Of a stretch of DNA of 64,000 nt, positions 54,275-64,000 are shown one piece after another. The position numbers and the translations under genes are program-made. The stretch is taken from positions 23,312,001 through 23,376,000 of the forward strand of contig NC_073385.1 in the NCBI RefSeq assembly GCF_028641065.1. Reading direction: 5' to 3'. This DNA comes from Leucoraja erinacea. Its lineage: Eukaryota. Below the pieces are notes generated by a model. It worked only from the letters and a program-made list of their open reading frames with translations, was not told the origin of the DNA and did not search any database. Every line of letters begins with the position of its first letter. The first letter of the stretch is position 1.

Positions 54275-55125
54275 ATAAAGGTTGATCACCTGAAATTGTT
54301 TATTAGAATATTGAATCTCAAAGATTGCAATGTTCCTGGACAAAACATAAGCTGTTTATTCTCAAGTATAAGTTCAAACGGTGTTGGAAGCCAAAGACAG
54401 GTAGGTCAGTGTGAGATTGGAGCAAAGTGTTAAAGATTGGAAGCTCTGAGCTACTCTTATACTTCATACATCTCTAATTCCATCTCAAGGGATAGTTAGT
54501 AATCAATATCCATTATAAGGCCACATTCTCCTGCAGCTACCTCGACTACATTGCATTCCACTCCGCTTCTTACAAGGACTCCATTGTACCAATTTCTTTC
54601 ATATCTATTGTGATCATGACTTTTTGCACTTTGCCTTTAGATGTCTTTACTTTTCTTAAGCATTTCTTCCCCTTTGTCACGATGACAGGGCCCTTAATCG
54701 ATCACTTTTTTTTTTCACTTCTTCTCTCAACTCTCTCATCCTAGTCAGGACATGGATCGGGTTCCCTTGTCATCACTGTATTCCACACACCATATATTCC
54801 ACGTATCCTCCCCCCCCCCCCCCCCCCGTTCCTCTCCCCCTCCTCTCCCCCCCTTCACCCCCCACTCACCTTCTCCCCTTCCTCCCCTCCTCCTCCCTCC
54901 CCCCCCCCACCTAGTTCCCTCTTCCATCATTAACTGCCAATATTTAATGCATTGATTACCCTGACAACTTTGATCTAAACCCCATGTTTTCTCCTAGTGT
55001 TTCCTGCAACTTAAAATATGTTTGTTTTTCCACATCTGGCTCTGATGAAGGATCATTGTTAAAACATTCACTCTGTTTCTCTCTCCAGGAAGCTGCCAGA
55101 TCCACTAAATGTTTCAGAACATTTC
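54275..55125. mobile_element. Highly decayed Penelope-like element
   Basis: Remnant NIHYKATFSCSYLDY (RT C-terminal-like) peptide; degenerate ctgatgaagg terminus at about 55042. Confidence 0.55.
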
Positions 55126-55309
55126 TTTACCTTTCCTTTTCTTTGTGAGAAATGAAATGCTCAATGCTAATAGGTTCTAGCTTTTTGAATTGGTATTATA
55201 TAACCCTATAACAATTACAGCACGGAAACAGGCCAACTCGGCCTTTCTAGTCCGTGCCGAACACTTAATCTCCCCTAGTCCCATCTACCTGTACTCAGAC
55301 CATAAATGT

Positions 55310-56390
55310 TTATTATTGTCACGTGTACCAAGGTCACGGTAACAAAAAAGTTTTATGTGCTATCCAGGTAAGTCATACCATGCACCAGTACATTAGCCAG
55401 TGCAAAAGAGAAAGAAAACAGAGTGTAGAATATTGTACAACAGCTACAGAGAAAGTGTAGATAAAAAATAGTGCAAGGGCCACAAAAAGGTAGATTGGAA
55501 GATTGGGAATCTATCCCCAGCCAATGAGGAGTCTATTCAAGAGTTTGATAACAGCAGGGATGATGAATCTGGTAGTATCTCTTTTCAAGCTTTTGCATCT
55601 TCTGCATGACAAATTTCTTAGTCTTGGGCAGAGCAGCTGCCATGCCAAACTGTGATGCATCAGCACAGGATGCTTTCTGTGGTACATCTGTAGAAATTGG
55701 AGACCTGCCGGATTTCCTTAGTTTCTGTGTAAGTGGGGATATTAATGTGTTTTCTCTGCCATAGCACAAATATGTTTGGACCAGGACAAATTGTTGGTGA
55801 TATTTACACCTCGGACCTTGAAGACTCGATCATCCCCAATTTTGCACCATTTAGACAGACTGGGGCATGTACATCACTTTTCTCCCTGAAGTCAATGACC
55901 ATCTCCTTCATATTACTGATATGGAGGGAGAGGTTGTTGCCTCAATATCAAACTACCAAGCTGTCTACCTCCTTCCTGTCCTCGATCTCGTCGTTGTTCC
56001 ACATCCAACCCACTATGGTGTTGTCACATGCAAACCTGCATAGGGAGTTAGAACAGAATTTAACTGCACAGACATGTGTGTATAGGAAGTATAGTAAGGG
56101 GTTGCGAATGTAGCCTTGCAGGGCATCAATGTTGTGATTTTGTAGAGAATAGTTTGTCACCCATCCTTACTGATTGCAGTCTATGAATCTGGAAGTCAAT
56201 GATCCATTTGCAGAGGATTTTGCTAAAACCTAGGTCCAGGAGTCTGTAAGTGAATTTGGTACTACTGATGAATTGGAATTATGGTGTTGACTGTGGAACT
56301 GTGGTCAGTAATTATGAGACTGATGTAGGCATTTTTGATATCCAGATGTTATTGGGTTGAGTATTGGGTCAGGGAGATGGTTGCCTGGCA
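55310..56390 (-). mobile_element. Decayed Rex/Babar LINE
   Basis: YFLYTHVC...FACDNTIVG in ORF 55948..56160. Confidence 0.7.
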
Positions 56391-56676
56391 TGGACCTATT
56401 GTCCTGCCAGTTGGTCCACACAGGTTCTGAAAACACAGCCTGGAAGATTGGAGGATGGCAAATGTGCCTATTCAAGAAGGGCTGCATGGAAAAGCCTAGG
56501 AACTATAGGCCAGTGAATCTAACATCTGTGGTTGGAAAGTTATTGGGGAATATTCTGAGCAATAAGATATACATACATTTAGATAGACAAGGGATGATTA
56601 GGGATAGTCAGCATGCTTTGTACGTGGGAGATCATGTCTCATGAATCCTATTGTTTTTTGAAGATGTGATCAAAAA

Positions 56677-57266
56677 GTAAGTAAGTAAGTTTATTGGCCA
56701 AGTATTCACATACAAGAAATTTGCCTTGGTGCTCCGCCCACAAGTAACAACATGACATACAGTGACAGTTACAAGTGACTCAGAAAACACTCAACATTAA
56801 TAATAATAAGACATTAATGATAAAACACCATTGATCAAGCATATGAACCAAAAAAATACCAGATCAACGGGAGGCTACAGATTTTTGGCTGTTGAGTAGA
56901 GCAACTACCCGTGGATAAAAACTGTTTTTATGTCTGATTGTGGCAGCTTTGACAATACGGAGTCGCCTTCCAGAGGGAAGTGATTCAAAGAGTTTGTGGC
57001 CAGGGTGAGAGTGGTCAGAGATGATCTTGCCCACTCGCTTCCTGGCCCTTGCAGTGTACAGTTCATCAATAGAGGGAAGGTTGCAGCCAATAATCTTCTC
57101 TGCTGATCGGACGATTCGCTGCAGCCTCCAGGTGTCGTGCTTGGTGGCTGAGCCAAACCACACCATGATAGAGAAAGTGAGAACAGACTCTACGATGGCC
57201 GTGTAGAATTGGACCATCATTGCCTGTGGCAGATTGTGCTTCCTCAGCTGCCGCAGGAAGTACATC
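56677..57266 (-). mobile_element. Rex/Babar LINE 3' fragment
   Basis: RMYFLRQLRK...HPGHKLFESLPSGRRLR; (taag)n tail. Confidence 0.88.
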
Positions 57267-57946
57267 CTCAACAAAGGTTGAAGAAGGCAGAGCTGCAGAT
57301 GTTAGATATATGGATTTCAGCAAGGCATTTGACAAGATTCCGCATGGTAGACTGCTCTGGAAGGGTAGATCACATAGGATCCAAGAAAGGATAGCTAACT
57401 GGATAGAAAATTGGCTTCATGGAAGAAAGCAGAGGGCTATGGGGGAAGGTTGTTTTTCAGACTGGAGGCCTGTGACTAATGGTGTGCCTCAGGATTCAGT
57501 GCTGGGACCATTGTAGTTTGCTCTCTATGGATATAAACACACAAGGTATGATTAGCAAATTTGCAGATGACATTAAAGTGAGTGGTATTGTAGATAGCTA
57601 AGATGCTTGTAAGAAATTGAAGCAGGATCTTGATCGGTTGGGCATGTACACGGAGGAATGGTTGATGAAATTTAATAGTGAAATATGAGGTGTTGCATTT
57701 AGGAATATCTAACCAGGGCAGGACCAACACAGAGAACGGCAGGGCTCTGGAGGGTGTGTTGTAGAGCAGAGGGATCTAGGAGTGTAGGTACATAACGCCA
57801 CAGGTAGATGTTGGTCAAAGAAGCTTTTGGCAGATTGTCCTGCATCAGTATAGAAGTTGGGGGGTCATGTTACAGCTGTACAAGACGTTGGTGATGACAG
57901 ATTTAGAGCATTGTGTTCAGTTTTGGTCACCTTGTTATAGGAAAGA

Positions 57947-59469
57947 CTAGACCAAGTGCAGACCCGTTGGGTCTGTTTCCCCAATGGCGTTTGCGGGGGG
58001 GGGGGGGGGGGGAAGAAGAGGGGGGGAGGAGGAGGAAATGGGACAGATTTGGGAGGGAAAGGAGAGTGGGGTAGGGGGTGAGAGAGGAGGATGGGGAGAG
58101 AGATGTGGGGGAGGGGGGGGATGGGGAGGTAGGGGAGGAGGGAGGGAGGGGGAGAGGGGTGGGGGGAGAGAGGGGAAAGAGTGGGGAGGGAGAGTGGAGG
58201 GGGAAGGGGAGAGGTGGAAGAGTGGGGAGGGAGGAGGAGAGGGGTAGGGGGAGTGATGGAAGAGGGACAGAGGGGTAGGAGGAAGGGGTAGGTGGAGAGA
58301 GGGAAGGGGGTGGCGTAGAGAGGGAAGGAGGGTGGGGGAGAGAGGGATGGGTGGGAGAGGGAGAGGGGTGAGGAGAGGGAAACATAGAACCATAGAAATT
58401 AAGTGCAGGAGTAGGCCATTCGGCCCTTCGAGCCTGCACCACCATTCAATATGATCGTGGCTGATCATCCAACTCAGTATTCTGTACCTGCCTTCTCTCC
58501 ATACACCCTGATCCCTTTAGCCACAAGGGCCACATCTAACTCCTTCTTAAATATAGCCAATGAACTGGCCTCAACTACCTTCTGTGGCAGAAAATTCCAC
58601 GTTTCTATAAGAACCGCCCTCAATCTTCTAAATTCTAGCGTTTACAAGCCGAGTCTACCCAGTCTTTCTTCATATGAAAGTCCTGACATCTCAGGAATCA
58701 ATCTGGTGAACCTTCTCTGTACTCCCCCTATGGAAAGAATGTCTTTGAGCATTGGGCATTGTGACATAACACAATGGAACGTTCATCAGGGGCTGGGGCT
58801 GTGGCTGCTTCTATGGGTGAGAAGGGGGTAAGATCCTCCCTCAATCTTCTAAAATCTAGCGAGTACAAGCCGAGTCTATCCAGTCTTTCTTCATATGAAA
58901 GTCCTGACATCCCAGGAATCAGTCTGGTGAACCTTCTCTGTACTCCCTCTATGGCAACAATGTCTTTGAGCATTGGGCATTGTGACATCACATGATGGAA
59001 CGTTCACCAGTGGCTGGGGCTCCTGCAAAGGCATATGTAAATGAATCCATTCCGATTGGACATATGTGAACATTGGGCATTGTGACATCACACGATGGAA
59101 CGTTCACTGGGGGCTGGGGCTGGTTGCTATGGGTGAGAAGCCAGTTCATTTTTGAAATATTGAGGGGGAGGGGGTGAAGGATTTGATTAAAAACGTGTAC
59201 TTAAACACGACGAAATGTAATGAGGAGCTGATACTTAGAAAGAAAAGTTAAATCTCTACCGAAATGGAAAAGATGTCGGCGATTCTGCGTCTGGTTTCGG
59301 AGTTGCAGGGAATCAAAGGAAGAAAGGCGGCTGGCAGCCGTCCATGTAAATTGATCCATTCCGATTGGACATCTGCGAGTATTGGGCATTGTGACATCAC
59401 ACGATGGAACGAATCAAAAGGCAGAAAGGCAGCCGGACGGCAGGCGGCAGGCACACAGTTTTAACATAT

Positions 59470-59535
<66 letters not shown>
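57947..59535 (-). mobile_element. Non-autonomous Helitron (1589 bp) carrying CR1 fragments
   Basis: On minus: A|TC start; cagaccc-aac-gggtctg hairpin then CTAG|T end; no TSD; host CR1 rejoins across the site. Confidence 0.85.
59470..59535. repeat. (GATA)n microsatellite at the Helitron 5' end
   Basis: About 16 perfect units. Confidence 0.97.
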
Positions 59536-59536
<1 letters not shown>

Positions 59537-60566
59537 GTTCAGCTGGAAAGGATGCAGAGAAGATTAACAAGGATGTTCCCAGGACACGTGGGCCTGAGCT
59601 TGAGGGAGAAGTTGTGCAGGCTAGAACTTTATTCCTTGGAACACAAGAGGTGTATAAGATCATGAGGGGAATATATAAGGTAAATGCACAGACTCTTACC
59701 CAGAGTATGGGAATCAAAAAGCAGTGGACATAGGTTTAAGGTGAGGGTGGAAAGATTTAATAGGAACATGAGGGGCTTCTTTTAAAAAAAAAATACAAAT
59801 GGTAGTAGGTATATGGAGTGAGCTACCCGAGGAGGTAGTTGAGGCAGCTATTATCATATTGTTTAAAAAACATTTGTTCAGGTACATGCATAAGATAGGG
59901 TTGGAGGGATGTGGGCCAAACGTAGGCAGGTGGGACTAGTGTAGATGGTGCATGTTAGTTAGCATGGTCAAGTTCAGCTGAAGACCCTGTTTCCATGCTG
60001 TATGACTCTTATACCTCTATGATATTATGTTGCAATAACCTGGAAAATAAATTCATGAAAATTTGTTTATGCAACATAATCTTTTCTTCTAGACACCTGC
60101 TATGTAGCAATGTCAGCAAAAAGTTACAAGCCATCACTTATTTATCAATATGGGATCTATCCTCAACATGTCTTTGCATGTGTAAACGTCTCTTCGATTT
60201 TAATAAGCTCAAACTTCCTCCATCAAATTATTTTTGTTATGTTCGTGTTTGGACATGAAGCATTCCTATATTGGCAAACAGGATAGAAACAAGGCAATTA
60301 AAATGGGAAAGTTGCATCTATTAAATTGTCATGTGTGATTTTCCAGATTGACAGAGGAAGAAGCAAAGTGCAAGGAGATATTGACAGAATATTCCAAGTG
60401 ATCACCAGAGTGAGTTCTATCTAAAATCATCTAGTTGAGAAATAGTACTAAATAGAGTTAAAGGGTAGCTTGCAAGAGAACTGGTTGCAGAATGAATTAC
60501 CAATGGAAGAGAGAGAGATGACAGGAATTACAGTTAAGGTCTAAAATAATGACAAGTACAAAATGT

Positions 60567-60733
60567 TTAAGAAGGAACTGCAGATGCTGGAAAATCGAAG
60601 GTAGAATCTATGGAGTGAAGGAAATAGGCAACCGATCAGTCTGAAGAAGGGTTTCGGCCCGAAACGTTGCCTATTTCCTTTGCTCCATAGATGCTGCTGC
60701 ACCCGCTGAGTTTCTCCAACACTTTTGTCTACC
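60567..60733 (+). mobile_element. Penelope-like inverted terminal remnant with hammerhead-like core
   Basis: 16-bp TSD gaca(a/t)gtacaaaatgt; arms aaggaaataggcaac / gttgcctatttcctt flank CTGAAGA...GAAAC. Confidence 0.78.
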
Positions 60734-61119
60734 GACATGTACAAAATGTAGGGTTCACATTACAGTGTGGTTATAGTTTGTAAATTATTAGTAATTTCAT
60801 GTGCCTTTTATTGTTGTATTTATATTTAAAGTAATTGTGATGAAAGATCAATTTTTACTAAACTGTTCAAAAGAGTTCCTGTCTGTGTTAATCTGTGAGC
60901 CTTGACTGGTTTTCCCCATGCAGATGAGTTCAAGCTGCAGGAGAAACTACCTACAGTGTGAGTTTCCAACCTCCGCAAATTCATGAATATCAACCTTTAT
61001 GATGGTAGAAATGTATTTACTTTGTTGCATCTGATCTCCAATTCATCTCAGACTTGAGAACAGGTGGTTGAGGTTTTCTATAAAGACACCAGCTAGAGGG
61101 TTATACAATCCAGTCTATA

Positions 61120-61495
61120 ATATCATACTGTAGATCATTCAGCACGGAAACAGGCCCTTCAGTACAAATTGCCCATGCCAACCAAGATGCCCCATCTATC
61201 TATCTCATTAAACCTTTCCTATCTATGTGTCCGTCTAAATGTCTTGTAAATGTTGTTACGGTACCTGCCTCAACTACTTCCTATGTCAATACTCAATACT
61301 TCCTATGTCAATGTCAATACTTCCTATGTCAATACTCAAATTAAAAAAATACTTCCTATGTCAGGTTGTTTCATATAATCCCTCAGGTTACTATTAAATC
61401 TTTCCCCTTAAACCTATGTCTTTTGGTTCTTGATTCCCCTACTCTGAGTAAAAAACTGTGCGTCCACCCTTTCTATGCCCCTCATAATTTTCATA
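61120..61495 (-). mobile_element. Old CR1 3' fragment with a repair scar
   Basis: Similar to 260-807. Confidence 0.75.
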
Positions 61496-61757
61496 CTATG
61501 ATCATGTGACAGTAAAAGCAATATTATTGCTGAGCTACTGAAAGGAATTAAAAAATACAAGTGCTGTCAAGCCAATGGAATGGGTATAATATAACCAGTT
61601 ATTTCTGCAGAGAGTAATATATCTTTACCCAAGGCGGTGAAACTTTAGACGTGATCTCTACAGCATTTTAGTTGTTACTATTCAAATAATATTTTAATAA
61701 CATTTCCATGCAGGAATGCAAGATATTTTGCTATGTATTTTGTAGGTGTCACCATAC

Positions 61758-61889
61758 CACAGATCAGAAGGCGTGCCTTCTTCAAAGCGAATGTTTCCCA
61801 CAGTTTCCAGTTCAATTAATAGAAACAGAATACTCAAATTAAAAAATTCAGTTGCTGACTTTACTTCCATCTCATAGGCATCTTCAGTT
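61758..61889 (-). CDS. LRRC9: LRRC9 coding exon, TEDAYEMEVK...LLIELETVGNIRFEEGTPSDLW
   Basis: pyrimidine tract + cag, TG|gtatgg donor, 132 nt, phase 2 to 2; conserved ELETVGN.FEEG motif. Confidence 0.93.
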
Positions 61890-62649
61890 CTGCGGAGTAA
61901 AAAAATGTCTAATGATATATTTGTAAAACATGAAAAATGTTACGTTGGTATATTATGTATTTTACAGTCCATCACAAGATGAATGTTTGATATTATCCAC
62001 ATTATTAAAGTTTTATGTCTGAAAAATTAGGTGCTATAATGCTACTGGGTCTGTTCAAACACCAAGTTTGCCCAAGTACCTCAATCTTCAAATATTTCTT
62101 ACCCTTCATATTTCCATCGTTGTCTGCCTTGATCCTTGGCACAAAAGTTTAAATGACATTTCACTACCAGTCACTTCCCATCGCTCACTGACAAAGCCCC
62201 AATCTTACTCAATTCACTCCAATCCTTAAGTGTAGTGTTCTGATAACTCTTCAGTTATGTCCCTTCGCCATCACAAATGCCATAGCATTAGCCTGCAATT
62301 CATCTCGCCTGTTAATCCTGGCTAAATTGGAGAGGCTAGACTTCAAAATGGGGTAAAAGATTCAGGGCTGCTGGGAGAATTTGGTCAATTTGGAATTGCT
62401 CTCTGCAGACCCTGTCAATTCAATGCAAAATGCATAGAATGGATTGGATGGCTGCAAACCAGGCATACACCTTGTAAATAATTCTAAATAATGTTGCAGA
62501 GTTCAATGTTGCCGAGTGTTAATTGGATGAGGATGAGCCTTGTCTGGGTTTCTTGCAGAGCAGGGTAAATGTTTCTAAGTTGGCTTCCTTGTGAAGTTCG
62601 GTTTGAATACAATGTATTGAGCTGCTGTATTATTGCGAAGGGAAATGTC

Positions 62650-62985
62650 TGTTATGTATGGGGTTAATCGATATCTGTAATTGGATTATTAAGAGACCAC
62701 CCCCATGTGGTTCGGCCCCTCGAGGTCCCGAGACATATAAAAGTCTGCTACCACGAGGTCCCATGTCGATCTTCTGGGAGAGCGCTTGGGACTGTGTGAC
62801 TTTCTGGAGTGTCTCTGTTTGAGCGAGGCCTAGAGGTTGATCAGGCAGATACGAGGATCGAACCCGCAGTGGGATAGGTACAGTAGTTGAACTGTAATTG
62901 CGCTTTTATTAAAATAAAGATTAGTTGTTCAAGTGCTTGATTCAGTGTTTTTGCTGAAACTAGACTTGGGGGAAGCTTTGATATG
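62650..62985 (+). mobile_element. Probable solo LTR
   Basis: TG start, TATAAAA at about 62737, AATAAA at about 62913; CA end and TSD not clear. Confidence 0.5.
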
Positions 62986-63124
62986 AGCAATGTACACTCT
63001 CACCATGACAATACTCATTATAATTTATACTTTCACAGGAATTTATAGTCATCCATCATAGAGACATTGTTTTAGAAGTTAAACCCCTCACAGAAAAAAA
63101 GTGTATCAGAACCCCTTTACTCAC

Positions 63125-63342
63125 TCGTCCAGCCTTGTGTTCCAAAATGTTAATCTTTTATTCAGAGCATCCAATTTTTGGGTAAATTTCTCCTCTGTAT
63201 TATGATCTTCTGTAGTTTTCTTACTACAACTGCCACTGGTTTGCAATTCTTCCATCTCACCTGTATGCTTCAACCCATTCAGTGACGATAGCGCAGAAAT
63301 TCTCTTTTTGCTCGTTTGGAACATTGTCAATTCAGATTCTAG
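63125..63342 (-). CDS. LRRC9: LRRC9 coding exon (first in window), LESELTMF...KLDALNKRLTFWNTRLDE
   Basis: cag acceptor, GA|gtgagt donor, 218 nt (phase 0 to 2); peptide resembles the LRRC9 coiled-coil region as I recall it. Confidence 0.88.
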
Positions 63343-63909
63343 CTGTTTCAAGAATATTGGTTTGTTATCTATTTATTGTTTTCATTGTTAAAATCTCCAA
63401 TTTTTTTCAGTAACTTGTTTAAAAAGTAATAGTCAAAAAGATGAATCTTTGAGCTTGACTCAATGGTTGCATTATCATTATTAGGTTTACAACCAATCAA
63501 CTATCTGCTACCTCATTGTCTGATCTGTGCCAATGAAAAAATCAGTGACAGTACACTGCATATACCAATGGAAGTTATCTCTGGGTCTGAATCAATTGGT
63601 AAGAAAGTATGGCAAATTATAAGCAGCATGGGTGAAACAAAGAATCTGAAATTACTGGAACATCTGACAAGATTAATAACAGTGGAGAAATCAATAGTCA
63701 GAAATTGAAAATAATTTGAAGCAGTAAATGTACTCTCTTTTAACTATAAAATAATAGACATAATACTTTTGATAAAGATTTGGATAAGCAGACCAACTCA
63801 AAGTTAGACAATTAGTAATTTCTTGATTATTTTCAGGATAGATTTCTGAAGTAATATGCCACTTGCTCATGAGTTTAGGAAAAATAGATAAATCAGATCA
63901 CCGAGTAAT

Positions 63910-64000
63910 AGTGGTGCAGTGGTAGAATTGCTGCCTTACAGCGCTTGCAGCGCTGGAGATCCGGGTTCGATCCCAGTTATGGGTACTGTCTGTACGGAGT
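63910..64000 (+). mobile_element. V-SINE (HE1-like) head, cut by the window edge
   Basis: A-box tggtgcagtgg and B-box ggttcgatccc; similar to 23320. Confidence 0.75.

Larger units (their letters stand above)
56440..60010 (+). mobile_element. Old CR1 LINE interrupted by a Rex fragment and a Helitron
   Basis: NYRPVNLTSVVGKL, MDFSKAFDK, GVPQDSVLGP motifs; CR1 tail at about 60000. Confidence 0.85.

Noticed and set aside
55035-55065. Fifth hammerhead core (ctgatgaagg...)
   Set aside because: GAAA and stem II are decayed; treated only as a Penelope remnant.
60130-60265. Acceptor-like site and exon-like stretch on minus
   Set aside because: In-frame stop after 13 codons in the required phase; the neighbouring exons join without it.
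63910-64000. tRNA gene
   Set aside because: The A/B boxes run into V-SINE body sequence as at 23320 and 30155; no acceptor stem.

Overview
Eukaryotic (vertebrate) genomic DNA, most likely from a cartilaginous fish such as a skate or ray; this is inferred from the HE1-like V-SINEs and the abundant CR1/HER1-like LINEs. The whole window lies inside one minus-strand gene, LRRC9. I traced 15 consecutive GT-AG coding exons from 63342 down to 3034 (2364 nt, 788 codons, all splice phases compatible). They encode a central PARP/ADP-ribosyltransferase-like domain followed by leucine-rich repeats; both gene ends lie outside the window. The introns are packed with nested transposons: CR1, Rex/Babar, RTE and Hero LINE fragments, two decayed Gypsy LTR elements plus LTR remnants, Penelope remnants, PIF/Harbinger MITEs, non-autonomous Helitrons and SINEs. 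There is one 251-N assembly gap. The main hidden signal is RNA structure. (1) A complete minimal HDV/CPEB3-like ribozyme forms the exact 5' end of a 133-bp TSD-flanked SINE (30910-30963, minus). (2) A hammerhead with non-circularly permuted strand order and a kink-turn sits in the 3' UTR of a Hero element (26043-26116, minus). (3) Four Penelope-derived minimal hammerhead-like cores are present. The first two are sense to the LRRC9 pre-mRNA. All family assignments come from motif recognition by eye; no database search or folding program was run, and TE boundaries without TSDs are approximate.
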